DNA from: an uncultured Gammaproteobacteria bacterium
GTDB taxonomy: Bacteria; Patescibacteriota; Microgenomatia; Levybacterales; UBA12049
DNA length: 64,000 nt
Reading direction: 5' to 3'
NCBI GenBank assembly: GCA_964515545.1
Contig: CAZERI010000003.1
Span: 88,246-152,245 of the forward strand
Below, piece by piece: positions 8,188 through 17,480 of the stretch (its first letter is position 1; each line of letters begins with the position of its first letter). Made by a program: the position numbers and the translations under genes. A model generated the notes under the pieces. That model ran no database searches and was not told the DNA's origin. It saw only the letters and a program-made list of their open reading frames with translations.

Positions 8188-10446
8188 ATGTTTTGGGCAG
8201 ATAAAGTAGCACAAGAAATTATTGATTCAGGAGAGTATCGCCCTTTTTGGGTTGATGATATGAAGACACCATCCGGACGTGTCCATGTGGGATCGATGTT
8301 AGGAGTTGTCTTTCATGATCTTGTTTATAAAGCATTAAAAGATAAGGGACAGGATGTGAATTATACTTATGTCTTTGAGAATCATGATCCAATGGACGAT
8401 ATCCCATCATATCTACCTCGAGAAAAATTCGAGAAGTACTTAGGAATGCCACTTTTTGCTATTCCTTCTCCTGTTGAAGGTTATAAAGATTTCCCGACGT
8501 ATTATGCTTCAGAATTCCAGGATGCATTCAATGCTGTTGGCTGTTACCCAACAATCCTGTGGACGAAAGATCTCTATACCAGCGGGAAAATGAATCATTT
8601 GATTAGGACTGTTCTGGATAATGCTTCTGAGATTCGTAAAATCTATCAAGAGATGTATAAAAAGGAAATGGCAGCTGACTGGTATCCATTTCAAGTGTAC
8701 TGTGAGTCCTGTGGTAAAGTTTCGACCACACGAGTTTATGCTTGGGATGGAGAATATGTCTCATATCGTTGTCCAGTAGATGCAACTAAGTGGACTAAGG
8801 GTTGTGGATTTGAAGGTAAGACTTCACCTTTTAGTGACGAAAAGGGAATTAAAGGAAAAATGCCGTGGAAAGTTGAGTGGCCGGCTAAATGGCAGGCTAT
8901 TGGAGTGACAATAGAAGGAGCGGGTAAAGATCATATGAGTAGTGGTGGCTCGCATGATTTAGCAAAGATCTTTTGTGAGAGAATTTTTCACTATCCGGTT
9001 CCTTATCCAGTTAGTTATGAATTCATGTTAATTGGCGGTAAAAAGATGTCATCGTCTAAAGGCAGAGGTTTTGCTGCCTCAGATATGCTAGAGATTTTAC
9101 CACCTGAGTTAGTCCGCTTCCTTATTGTTAAAATGAATCCTCGCCAGCAGACTAATTTTGACCCTGATGGAGATACTATCCCAAGATTATTTGATGAATA
9201 TCAAGATTACGCAGAGCATTTCTTCTCTGGTAAAAAAGATGATGAAGCACGTATCTTTGAGATGTCACAAATTGGAGAGCCTAAAAAACCTTTAGCAGTC
9301 CGATTTTCAACCCTTGCACAGTGGGTACAGATGCCTAATATGCAGCAGAAGATCAAAGATGAAGGGCTTTCAGAATGGGCAAAGTATGCTCGTATTTGGG
9401 TTGAGCGATTTGCACCGGATTCAGAGAAATTCAGTATTAGTGACACTCTTCCTGAAGCTGTTAAGAGCCTTTCAGGAGAGCAGAAAGAGTTTCTCGTACA
9501 GGTTTCAGAACTAGTAAAAGTCCATAGTGATCCTGAGGAGCTGCAAAAAGCAATTTATGAGAAAGCCAAAGAAATGAATATCCAGCCTAAAGATGCTTTT
9601 AGTGCTATCTATATTGCACTATTAGGTAAGAACCATGGGCCAAAAGCTGGTTGGCTTCTTCAATCGCTTGATAAAGATTTTGTTAAAAAAAGATTTACTC
9701 TTCTAGATGTTTATCAGGAGAGTGATTCCGATTCTTCTCATATTACCTTACTTGCTGACACATCGCTATTTAGTATTGCAAGCGGAATAAAAGAAAAAAT
9801 GCCATCCTTAAGCGTAGGGATTGCAGTTATTGAGGGAGTAACGATTAAAGATAAAGATAAAGAGTTAGAAGAGGAAAGGGAAGAGTTCTTAAAAAGTTTA
9901 CAAGGAATAACTACGGAACAAATTAATTCATTTCCTGAGGTTATAAGTTATCGAAACGTCTACAAAGATATGGGTATTGATTGGCATTCTCGTCGGCCTA
10001 GTCCTGAAGCGCTTTTAAGACGTGTTGCATTAGATAAGGGTTTGTACTCTGTTAATACCTGTGTTGATGCTTATAATATTATTGTCATGAAACACAGAGT
10101 CTCAGTCGGAGCATTTGATTTAGATAAAATTGTATTTCCTACAGAACTGCGATTTGCAAAAGCAGGTGAGAAGATACATCTTTTAGGAGATCAAGAAGAT
10201 ACTTCCTATAACGATAGAGAAGCAGCATATTTTGATCAGGTTGGAGGATATAATATTGATCTGAATTATCGTGATAGTGTGCGTACAGCTGTCACTGCTT
10301 CAACAAAAAATCTTTATATAAATGTAGAAGGAGTCTATGGTATTAAACCTGGATTAGTTGAAATGGTATTGAGAGAAACATGTGAAAAGATAGTAGCATA
10401 TTGTGGTGGCAGAATAGAAAAATTTGGACTAATTTTAGCTTCTTAA
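8188..10446 (+). CDS. lysS: class I lysine--tRNA ligase with C-terminal B3/4 (PheT-like) domain
   Basis: Archaeal-type LysRS-I motifs (TPSGRVHVGS for HIGH, KMSSSKG for KMSKS) in the first ~520 aa. A C-terminal ~230 aa domain contains the PheT B3/4-like GAFDLDKI motif. Confidence 0.85.
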   Translation: MFWADKVAQEIIDSGEYRPFWVDDMKTPSGRVHVGSMLGVVFHDLVYKALKDKGQDVNYTYVFENHDPMDDIPSYLPREKFEKYLGMPLFAIPSPVEGYKDFPTYYASEFQDAFNAVGCYPTILWTKDLYTSGKMNHLIRTVLDNASEIRKIYQEMYKKEMAADWYPFQVYCESCGKVSTTRVYAWDGEYVSYRCPVDATKWTKGCGFEGKTSPFSDEKGIKGKMPWKVEWPAKWQAIGVTIEGAGKDHMSSGGSHDLAKIFCERIFHYPVPYPVSYEFMLIGGKKMSSSKGRGFAASDMLEILPPELVRFLIVKMNPRQQTNFDPDGDTIPRLFDEYQDYAEHFFSGKKDDEARIFEMSQIGEPKKPLAVRFSTLAQWVQMPNMQQKIKDEGLSEWAKYARIWVERFAPDSEKFSISDTLPEAVKSLSGEQKEFLVQVSELVKVHSDPEELQKAIYEKAKEMNIQPKDAFSAIYIALLGKNHGPKAGWLLQSLDKDFVKKRFTLLDVYQESDSDSSHITLLADTSLFSIASGIKEKMPSLSVGIAVIEGVTIKDKDKELEEEREEFLKSLQGITTEQINSFPEVISYRNVYKDMGIDWHSRRPSPEALLRRVALDKGLYSVNTCVDAYNIIVMKHRVSVGAFDLDKIVFPTELRFAKAGEKIHLLGDQEDTSYNDREAAYFDQVGGYNIDLNYRDSVRTAVTASTKNLYINVEGVYGIKPGLVEMVLRETCEKIVAYCGGRIEKFGLILAS

Positions 10447-10494
10447 AAGTTTGTTCCATACTTCACTCTGTGGTATAGTAACAATTCCTAAAGC

Positions 10495-11343
10495 ATGAAA
10501 AAGGCTATTTTAATACTTGTTCTATCCTTCGGTTTTGCTGCTCTCATTTTTCTTATTGTCCAATCAGTACTTCTTAAGGGTAATGATAAAGGTGCATTGC
10601 AGGTAACAGCTGCTCCTCTAAGTAAGGTCTATCTCAATGGAAAATATCTAGGCCAAACACCGCTTTGTAAATGTACCAATAATGATATGGTAGGAACGGG
10701 TGACTATACTATTAAGGTCGTTCCTCAAAGCGGTAATTTCAGTGAATTTCAAGAGAAAATTACTATCTCGAAATCAATTTTAACAGTAGTAGACAGAAAG
10801 TTTGGTGCTGGAGCTTCCTCAGAGGGAAGTATAATAACGCTTGAACCCCTGAAGGAAGGAAGTCAGAGACAGCTTTTAGTGACATCTATCCCTAATAATG
10901 TTGAGGTATTCTTAGATAATAACTCAGCAGGATTCACTCCTCTTCTTATAAAAGACATTACTGATTCTGATCATAAATTAACGTTAAGGAAAAGTGGATA
11001 TACAGATAAAGAAGTAAATATTAGAACTCCTAGCGGATACAAATTAGTTGCCTCCATCTATTTAGGGGTAGATGAGGAAGGAATTCCTACTCCTACTCCA
11101 ACTAGTAAACCCGCATCTCCCTCTGCAACACCGACTCCAGTTATTAGTAAAGTAACCATACTCCAGACTCCTACAGGGTTTTTGCGGGTACGGGCTGACA
11201 GCAGTGTTGCCTCAAGTGAGGTAGGCCAGGTTCTACCGGGAGAAAGCTTTGACATTGTCGCAGAAGAAGCTGGCTGGTATCAGATTACACTAAAAAATGG
11301 AAAGTTAGGCTGGGTAAGCAGTCAATATGCAAAGAAGGAGTAA
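10495..11343 (+). CDS. secreted/membrane-anchored protein with two PEGA-like domains, a P/T linker and a C-terminal bacterial SH3 domain
   Basis: N-terminal signal/TM; two ~70-aa beta-rich modules (LQVTAAPLSKVYLNGKYLGQTP...; LLVTSIPNNVEVFLDNNSAGFTP...); linker PTPTPTSKPASPSATPTPV; SH3b-like GFLRVRADSS...GWYQI...GWVS. Confidence 0.55.
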   Translation: MKKAILILVLSFGFAALIFLIVQSVLLKGNDKGALQVTAAPLSKVYLNGKYLGQTPLCKCTNNDMVGTGDYTIKVVPQSGNFSEFQEKITISKSILTVVDRKFGAGASSEGSIITLEPLKEGSQRQLLVTSIPNNVEVFLDNNSAGFTPLLIKDITDSDHKLTLRKSGYTDKEVNIRTPSGYKLVASIYLGVDEEGIPTPTPTSKPASPSATPTPVISKVTILQTPTGFLRVRADSSVASSEVGQVLPGESFDIVAEEAGWYQITLKNGKLGWVSSQYAKKE

Positions 11344-11347
11344 CCTC

Positions 11348-12292
11348 TCAGGCTTGTATAACGTAGATAATAAGTACTACTAAGAATACCCATAATATTA
11401 CTGTTAGTAAGAGGGGTTTGTCAGACAGAAGAACTTTTTCTGGACTTTCTCCTTCATGTTTTTCATAAATATCTTGGAGGTATCTCATGAGCCCATATAC
11501 AACAGGGACTATTGTTATCATAAGCCATTTCCTTTGGAGATAGGAAGGCAGGAAGTCAGGAAAGAAGATATCATTTGTTACAGTAAAACGACGGGAATTT
11601 TCAAGAAAAGTAAAGAAGGCATAGGAGATAAAAGTGGACGTTGCAAAGATAGATGCATAAACATCCAACAGGCGCTCTGAGTAATGAGAAAGAGATTTTC
11701 TCATTGCAGCTATTTGTGCACTGGAGTGTTGCGATACTAATGTCAACTCAGAGCGTCTTTTACCAATAGCTAGAAAGAGGGAGAGCGAGATAGCAGTTAA
11801 GAGTAACCAAACTGAAATATGATAGGTTGTCAAGAACTCACCAGCATAGACTCGTAAGATATATCCGCCAGCCAAGGCTAGAATATCAATAACAGCAATA
11901 TGTTTAAGGACGACAGAGTAGGAAAGCTGAAGCAGAAGATAGACCAAGGCTAGTGCAAGAAAGGCTGGAGAGATAGTGAAACTTCCCCATAAAGCGACAA
12001 GGGATAAGACAACAGCAATAACTATAGCATGAGAGATTGGAATATCTTTATTGGCGAGAGGACGGAAGCGCTTGAATGGATGGAGCCGATCTTTGTTAAT
12101 ATCAAAGATATCATTAATTACATAAATAGCTGATGAAAGACAGCAAAAAACTGCAAACCCATAGAAGACTGTTGTAAATACTGTTGGGCTAAAAAGCTGT
12201 CCACCAAATGTAATTGCTGTAAAAACAGCAAGATTTTTAATCCATTGACGTGGACGTAGAAGTCTAAAATAATTACGAGCTATCTTTTTCAT
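11348..12292 (-). CDS. UbiA-family prenyltransferase, decaprenyl-phosphate phosphoribosyltransferase (DPPR synthase)-like
   Basis: Polytopic membrane protein with NDIFDINKDRLHP (NDxxDxxxD) motif and the overall 8-9 TM UbiA pattern. Confidence 0.7.
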   Translation of the reverse strand: MKKIARNYFRLLRPRQWIKNLAVFTAITFGGQLFSPTVFTTVFYGFAVFCCLSSAIYVINDIFDINKDRLHPFKRFRPLANKDIPISHAIVIAVVLSLVALWGSFTISPAFLALALVYLLLQLSYSVVLKHIAVIDILALAGGYILRVYAGEFLTTYHISVWLLLTAISLSLFLAIGKRRSELTLVSQHSSAQIAAMRKSLSHYSERLLDVYASIFATSTFISYAFFTFLENSRRFTVTNDIFFPDFLPSYLQRKWLMITIVPVVYGLMRYLQDIYEKHEGESPEKVLLSDKPLLLTVILWVFLVVLIIYVIQA

Positions 12293-13343
12293 TACGCATC
12301 AATAAATGGAGAAAAAGTAGACCTCCTCCAGCTAGTGCGACAAGTAATAATAAAGCAAAAGGCTTACTTTCACTGCGTACGGTAAGAGCAATTGTGCCAA
12401 CTATAGCAGAGATTATCCAATAAAACAATGCAATTTGACGCTGGGTATAGCCAAGTCGGAGGAGAAGATGATGAAGATGTTTTTTGTCGCCCCAGAAGGG
12501 AGATCTTCCTTCAAGAATGCGTCTAATGATAGTAACTATAGCATCAACCATCGGAACTCCCATAACAAGAATAGCTGTTGCTAATTTAGCACTTGATAGT
12601 ATCGATACGACTGCAAGCAGTAAATACATACTAGTTGCGCCATATCCTGGGAAAATTTTGGCAGGGTAAAAATTAAATAATAAAAATCCAAGTGAGCTGC
12701 CGGCAATAATAAATGATAATCGAGCATCGATAAGACTTGTGCTATCGATGAAAGGAAAACGGAGACTTAATACACCGATAACAAGTGCAGAAATAGCAAC
12801 AATGCCTGGCATCTGCCCATCGACCCCTTTGCTCCAATTAAGCATAGTCATTACCCAGATAATCCATAGCCCTGCGATGATATCTCCCAATGTTATTGCT
12901 AGGAAAGGGATGGTTAGATGAGTAAACGAGAAGATACCTCCGAGAGGATTGGTAATAAATGGTACTGTTACGCCAGCTCCTACAACGATAACTGCACATA
13001 AGATATTGATAAAAAAGCGAAGATAGGGTGACACATCGCGAGATAGAGAATTTAATTTATCGTCTATGACACCGACTGCAAGTGCAAGAAAGGCTGCAAA
13101 AAAAATAGCTATGGTAAGAGGAGTAAGGGGGATAAAGATGAGGCTGGCTAGCAAAATACCTCCGAAAAGAGGAATACCGCCCCCTCGAGGGATTATTTTT
13201 GTATGAAGGATTGCTGGGTGTTTGTGTTTTTGTGGATCATCAACTAACCCCGCTTTTTTAATAAGCGGAAGAAGTAAAAATGTTAAGAGAACAGTAAAAA
13301 TAAAAGAGAAAAGAAGAGGTGGTAATAATGTCTCAAGTATCAT
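12273..13343 (-). CDS. glycosyltransferase family 4 polyprenyl-phosphate sugar-1-phosphate transferase (WecA/MraY-like)
   Basis: ~10 TM; motifs ...GLVDDP...HTKIIPRGGG... and VGVIDDK typical of the MraY/WecA superfamily. Confidence 0.7.
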   Translation of the reverse strand: MILETLLPPLLFSFIFTVLLTFLLLPLIKKAGLVDDPQKHKHPAILHTKIIPRGGGIPLFGGILLASLIFIPLTPLTIAIFFAAFLALAVGVIDDKLNSLSRDVSPYLRFFINILCAVIVVGAGVTVPFITNPLGGIFSFTHLTIPFLAITLGDIIAGLWIIWVMTMLNWSKGVDGQMPGIVAISALVIGVLSLRFPFIDSTSLIDARLSFIIAGSSLGFLLFNFYPAKIFPGYGATSMYLLLAVVSILSSAKLATAILVMGVPMVDAIVTIIRRILEGRSPFWGDKKHLHHLLLRLGYTQRQIALFYWIISAIVGTIALTVRSESKPFALLLLVALAGGGLLFLHLLMRNEKDSS

Positions 13344-13345
13344 AG

Positions 13346-13699
13346 TTACAGAATAAGCTGAATTGTTCTAAAGACAAAGAAAAGCGTTAACAGAGAGATA
13401 AGTAGTCCTGTTACATTAAGCATTCTGGCAGCTATAGGCATTTTTTCATAAATATAGCGGGTGACAAATGCGTTAATCAAGATGATTCCAGTAGTGACAA
13501 TAGTGGGGATAAAAAATCCCAGTTTGGTAAAAAGTCTGTCTGTCCCCCACGGCAGCTGATTAAATAAAGGCAGGAGAGGAGGCAAATTTCGATAGAAAAG
13601 GGCAGTCAAGACTAAAGATATAAAAAGTAAGCTTAGTGAGATCAAAATGCTAAACCAGATTGTTCTGTCGCTAGAGAGAAATTTAATAATTCCGTTCAT
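13346..13699 (-). CDS. small integral membrane protein (start trimmed to MNGIIKF...)
   Basis: Track ORF 13346..13846 overlaps the upstream gene by 164 nt; starting at the internal Met (13699) leaves a 17-nt overlap; 3 predicted TM helices. Confidence 0.35.
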   Translation of the reverse strand: MNGIIKFLSSDRTIWFSILISLSLLFISLVLTALFYRNLPPLLPLFNQLPWGTDRLFTKLGFFIPTIVTTGIILINAFVTRYIYEKMPIAARMLNVTGLLISLLTLFFVFRTIQLIL

Positions 13700-15179
13700 A
13701 GATTGTGGCGTTCTGTATACGTAGTGTTTGGGTGTAATTATACATCGGATAAGGATATCTCGATACATCATCCATAATAACGATATAATGAGGTGGATTT
13801 TTAATGATTGCTTTTCTCGTTTCTTCCTCATAGGAAGTAATACCACTTATGTGATAGGCCACAGTAAATCGTCCAGGAGGTAATGTTCCTGTCTGTGGGT
13901 ATAGCTGTGCTGTATTTCCCCATACAAATAAAGAGGAGGATGATTTTTTGTGAGAATTTATGTAGTTTACAATTTCACGATCACGGACAGTCTTTTTATC
14001 AAAAAATGAATTATAGTCATTGATAGATTTTTCATTTCTAACAAAATTGATGAAGTTTTTGTAATAATTAATTGTCCCTTTTACACTCCAGTGGTCAAAG
14101 TATTTAATAGTGGTAAACGAGATGACTAATACAATTGCTATATAAGGAATCAGGGCAGTCTTTCTTTTCTTTATAAGTTCACCAACAAGGAGGGAGAAAG
14201 ATGGAAGAAGTACCAACAGGTAATGAGTGTAAGGTCTTTGAGAGAAAAAACAATTAAAAAGAGAGAATCCTGTCCAAAGAAAAATAAAAAGAATATGAGG
14301 AGATATCTTCTGTCTTTTAACAAAGAGCATTAGGATAAAAAGTGCTAGAATAACAACTTTTGAAATAAGAAGACCTTGAGGAATAATGAAGGCGTTTTTG
14401 TATCCTACATAGCCTACTGTACTCTGAAAAACAGCATGGATATATTCTCCTAAGCCTCCAACCAAAACAAAATAAAGAATACTAATAAGAAAAGGCGTTA
14501 AGAAGCAAAAGATAAAAATAGCAAAAGGCTGCCAGAATTTTTTAATATAAGCAAGGATTGCCTTAAGGGTAAGTTTTTCTTCGAAGGTAGCAATAACCAA
14601 AAATGTAAAAAAAGCTGCAAAATCAAATACCGCAACAATTTTATATAAGAAAGCGATTCCTAGCAGTACCCCAGCAATTAGTAATTGTCTATTATTAAGA
14701 CTTTTGCTACGAGATGATCTCATACTGAAAACAAAAAATCCGGCAAGGATAATAGGGAACAACATAAAGTTTTCTGCATTTGCTATGTTCCCTTCAAAGG
14801 CTGGAATACCAAAAAGAAGAGCAAAGACTCCCGCTGCTATTCCAGCTGTCATTCTGCTGGCAAAGAGTTTCTTAGCGAGAATATAGAAAGTGATTACAGT
14901 TACTAGTCCGACCCCAAGGGCAAGTGATCGAACTAAAAATTGATTACTATGCACCAATGCATAAGTGAAATAAAGAAGAGGTGGTTTGTTATCCCAAATT
15001 TGAGTATAAAGAACACGGCCTTTTGTTAAGGCTAGGCCAATAGTCTCATAAATACCTTCATCTCCATACCAATAAGGCTCAAAAAGCGATGGTAAGCGAA
15101 GAAGAAAGAAAGAAAATAAGAGGCCAACAATTCCCCAAAACTCGTGAGATCGTTCTAATTGTCGAATTAAGTTCTTCAT
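13683..15179 (-). CDS. GT-C fold glycosyltransferase (ArnT / PMT-like, GT39/GT83 type)
   Basis: ~12 TM; conserved acidic DE motif in the first extracytoplasmic loop (FEPYWYGDEGIYE) typical of ArnT/PMT-type lipid-linked sugar transferases. Confidence 0.65.
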   Translation of the reverse strand: MKNLIRQLERSHEFWGIVGLLFSFFLLRLPSLFEPYWYGDEGIYETIGLALTKGRVLYTQIWDNKPPLLYFTYALVHSNQFLVRSLALGVGLVTVITFYILAKKLFASRMTAGIAAGVFALLFGIPAFEGNIANAENFMLFPIILAGFFVFSMRSSRSKSLNNRQLLIAGVLLGIAFLYKIVAVFDFAAFFTFLVIATFEEKLTLKAILAYIKKFWQPFAIFIFCFLTPFLISILYFVLVGGLGEYIHAVFQSTVGYVGYKNAFIIPQGLLISKVVILALFILMLFVKRQKISPHILFIFLWTGFSLFNCFFSQRPYTHYLLVLLPSFSLLVGELIKKRKTALIPYIAIVLVISFTTIKYFDHWSVKGTINYYKNFINFVRNEKSINDYNSFFDKKTVRDREIVNYINSHKKSSSSLFVWGNTAQLYPQTGTLPPGRFTVAYHISGITSYEEETRKAIIKNPPHYIVIMDDVSRYPYPMYNYTQTLRIQNATIYERNY

Positions 15180-16669
15180 GCTTTGTCGGTTACTTTGTAT
15201 TCCATTCTTTTGCCAAGCATCAGCTGAGTATGTGAAATAAGAGCAGGGAGTGCCGATAAGAAGAATCCGACAATTGGCATTAAGATAAATTCAAACGGGA
15301 AGAAAATTTTACGGCGGAGAGGAAGAGGTGTATTCTCAGGGCGATTTTTATAATCAATAAACATAAGAGCAAAAATACATACGATAGTTGACGTCAGAAT
15401 AGTCCCTGCTACTCGGGGCAGAATAAATCCAAGCTCTGTACGAGAAAAAACCGGATTAATAAATGGCATGATATTAGCAGCAATAGTTACGATAAACCAA
15501 TTTACAGGCCAGAGGAAGTGGTCTAATACTACATGATAAACCATTACTGTTTTTCTGATAAATGGAACACCAGGAACCGTAAACCACCAGGTAAGAAAGA
15601 GAGGGTCATCTGACACTCCCCACGACCAACGACGTTCTTGATGGTATTTATTTTTAAGGCTATTAATATAGCCGTGCGAAAAAGCAGCATCCATTGAGGT
15701 CTGGAGGAAAATAGGCTCTGTCCAGACTTGGCCTTTCATCTTGAAGAAAGCCTTAAAAAAGACACGATAATCCTCAGGTATTACATCAACATCCCAAAAA
15801 CCAATATCCCGCAACAATTTGAATGATAATGAATAAGTAGATTGAGTGATGAGGCGATCTCCCTGTACTAACATTGAAGTCCGCCATAAACTACCGAAAA
15901 ATGACAGTATGCGGATAGGAGCTGGGACTTGCCAAATGTTATTATAGAAGACAGTAGCAGACTGCCAGAATTTATTATAACGTTTTGGATCGATCAAAAA
16001 CTTATAGGTGAGGCATGCAAAAAATTGTTTATCAAAGATAGAATCTACATCTACGCTCGAGATAGTAGCATAGTCGATATCTAAGTTACCCTTAACAAAA
16101 AGCTTTTGGTAAGCTTCCCTTCCGGCAAAGGCTTCGTTTGAGGATTTCCCCTTGATTTCTCCAGGAGCATCTATATGATACGTTGCAAAAAGATCTCCAA
16201 AAACGCCTTTAAATTCTTTGGTAAGTACAGCTACTTTCTCAGGAGCCTCTTTTTCCCGCTCTTCCATGGCCAAGACGAGATGGAGTTGAGATAGAGGTAG
16301 TGTCTGTCTACGGAGAGCTTCAATGGTTGTTCTCATCTTGGTAATACTTTCTTTGTAGCTTAGGATTATGAGGACATGATGAACTTTTTTAAAGTCAGAC
16401 TGAGCTTCTGCTTTTTCAAGCCAATTTTGTTTTTCAGCTTGTTTTATTTTTTTTGCTCCTCTATAGGCATTAATTACTAAAGAGTAAGATTTATAAAACC
16501 AATACATATCAAAAAAGAGGATAAAATAAGCAAGGAGCATAGGCGCTAGTAAAGAGCCCCAGATAGGTGAAAGGATAACTGTCCAAGACATAAAGCCTGG
16601 AAGTATTTCAAGAAGTCTCTTGGTCTTAACAGGATAGCGGGTAAAAATTTTTTGAAAAAAAGGTGTCAT
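15176..16669 (-). CDS. processive GT2-family membrane glycosyltransferase (cellulose/chitin/hyaluronan-synthase-like)
   Basis: N-terminal TM helices, DVD (DxD), EDYRVFF (ED), QERRWSWG (QxxRW) motifs, C-terminal TM bundle. Confidence 0.6.
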   Translation of the reverse strand: MTPFFQKIFTRYPVKTKRLLEILPGFMSWTVILSPIWGSLLAPMLLAYFILFFDMYWFYKSYSLVINAYRGAKKIKQAEKQNWLEKAEAQSDFKKVHHVLIILSYKESITKMRTTIEALRRQTLPLSQLHLVLAMEEREKEAPEKVAVLTKEFKGVFGDLFATYHIDAPGEIKGKSSNEAFAGREAYQKLFVKGNLDIDYATISSVDVDSIFDKQFFACLTYKFLIDPKRYNKFWQSATVFYNNIWQVPAPIRILSFFGSLWRTSMLVQGDRLITQSTYSLSFKLLRDIGFWDVDVIPEDYRVFFKAFFKMKGQVWTEPIFLQTSMDAAFSHGYINSLKNKYHQERRWSWGVSDDPLFLTWWFTVPGVPFIRKTVMVYHVVLDHFLWPVNWFIVTIAANIMPFINPVFSRTELGFILPRVAGTILTSTIVCIFALMFIDYKNRPENTPLPLRRKIFFPFEFILMPIVGFFLSALPALISHTQLMLGKRMEYKVTDKA

Positions 16670-16671
16670 AT

Positions 16672-17478
16672 CTAGTTGAGACGAGTAAATACAGTATAGA
16701 CGTTTTGTGTTGTTTGTTCCACAATTTGCTCGAATGATACCCCTTTTATTCGAGCTATATATTCACCCACTAAGATAACGTATTCCGGCATATTTCTCTC
16801 TCCGCGGTGTGGAATGGGGGTAAGGAAAGGACTATCTGTCTCAGTTACAATTCTGTCTAACGGCGTATAACTAATTAAGTCTTTCAGTTCGACTGTCTCT
16901 TTAGGCGCTAGACCAGGATAGGTACTATTACCGTCAAATCCAATAAAAAAGCCAAGATTAAGCGCATTCTTAAGGACTTCTTTACTTCCAGCAAAACAAT
17001 GAAACATCCCTGGGATAGGCAGCAGCAAATGCTTCCGCTCTTGTAACATAGCAATAACATCCTCTCCTGCTAGACGATTGTGGATTTGGAGAGGAAGCTG
17101 AAGTTTGTGAGCCAGCTCAATCTGAGCTGCGAATACTTCCTTCTGGACCATCAGATTAACTATTCCATTTGATTGATAGCTAAAATAATCAAGGCCTATC
17201 TCACCAATTCCTATAACTTTGTCTTGTCGAGCAATGACTTCTAATTCTTTGATCCAATTTTCCCCAAGCTCAAATTTGTCAGCATGATGAGGATGTACTC
17301 CAACAATAGCGAATAATTCATCATATTGCTTAGCTAAATCTACAGCCCATTGGGAAGAATCATGCTTAGTTCCCGTATTAATAATACGTGTTACCCCTTT
17401 TGCCAGAGCGCTTTTTATGACAAGATCATAGTCATCTTTAAATGAGTGAAAATTAAGATGACAGTGAACATCAATCAT
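16672..17478 (-). CDS. tatD: TatD-family metal-dependent deoxyribonuclease/hydrolase
   Basis: MIDVHCHLNF start, conserved His/Glu/Asp TIM-barrel motifs (GVHPHHA, GEIGLDY, HCFAG), 268 aa. Confidence 0.85.
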   Translation of the reverse strand: MIDVHCHLNFHSFKDDYDLVIKSALAKGVTRIINTGTKHDSSQWAVDLAKQYDELFAIVGVHPHHADKFELGENWIKELEVIARQDKVIGIGEIGLDYFSYQSNGIVNLMVQKEVFAAQIELAHKLQLPLQIHNRLAGEDVIAMLQERKHLLLPIPGMFHCFAGSKEVLKNALNLGFFIGFDGNSTYPGLAPKETVELKDLISYTPLDRIVTETDSPFLTPIPHRGERNMPEYVILVGEYIARIKGVSFEQIVEQTTQNVYTVFTRLN

Positions 17479-17480
17479 AG

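Noticed and set aside
13346-13846. Track ORF start at 13846 for the small membrane protein
   Set aside because: It would overlap the upstream GT-C gene by 164 nt in a different frame. An internal Met at 13699 gives a 17-nt overlap typical of coupled genes, so the shorter form is reported.
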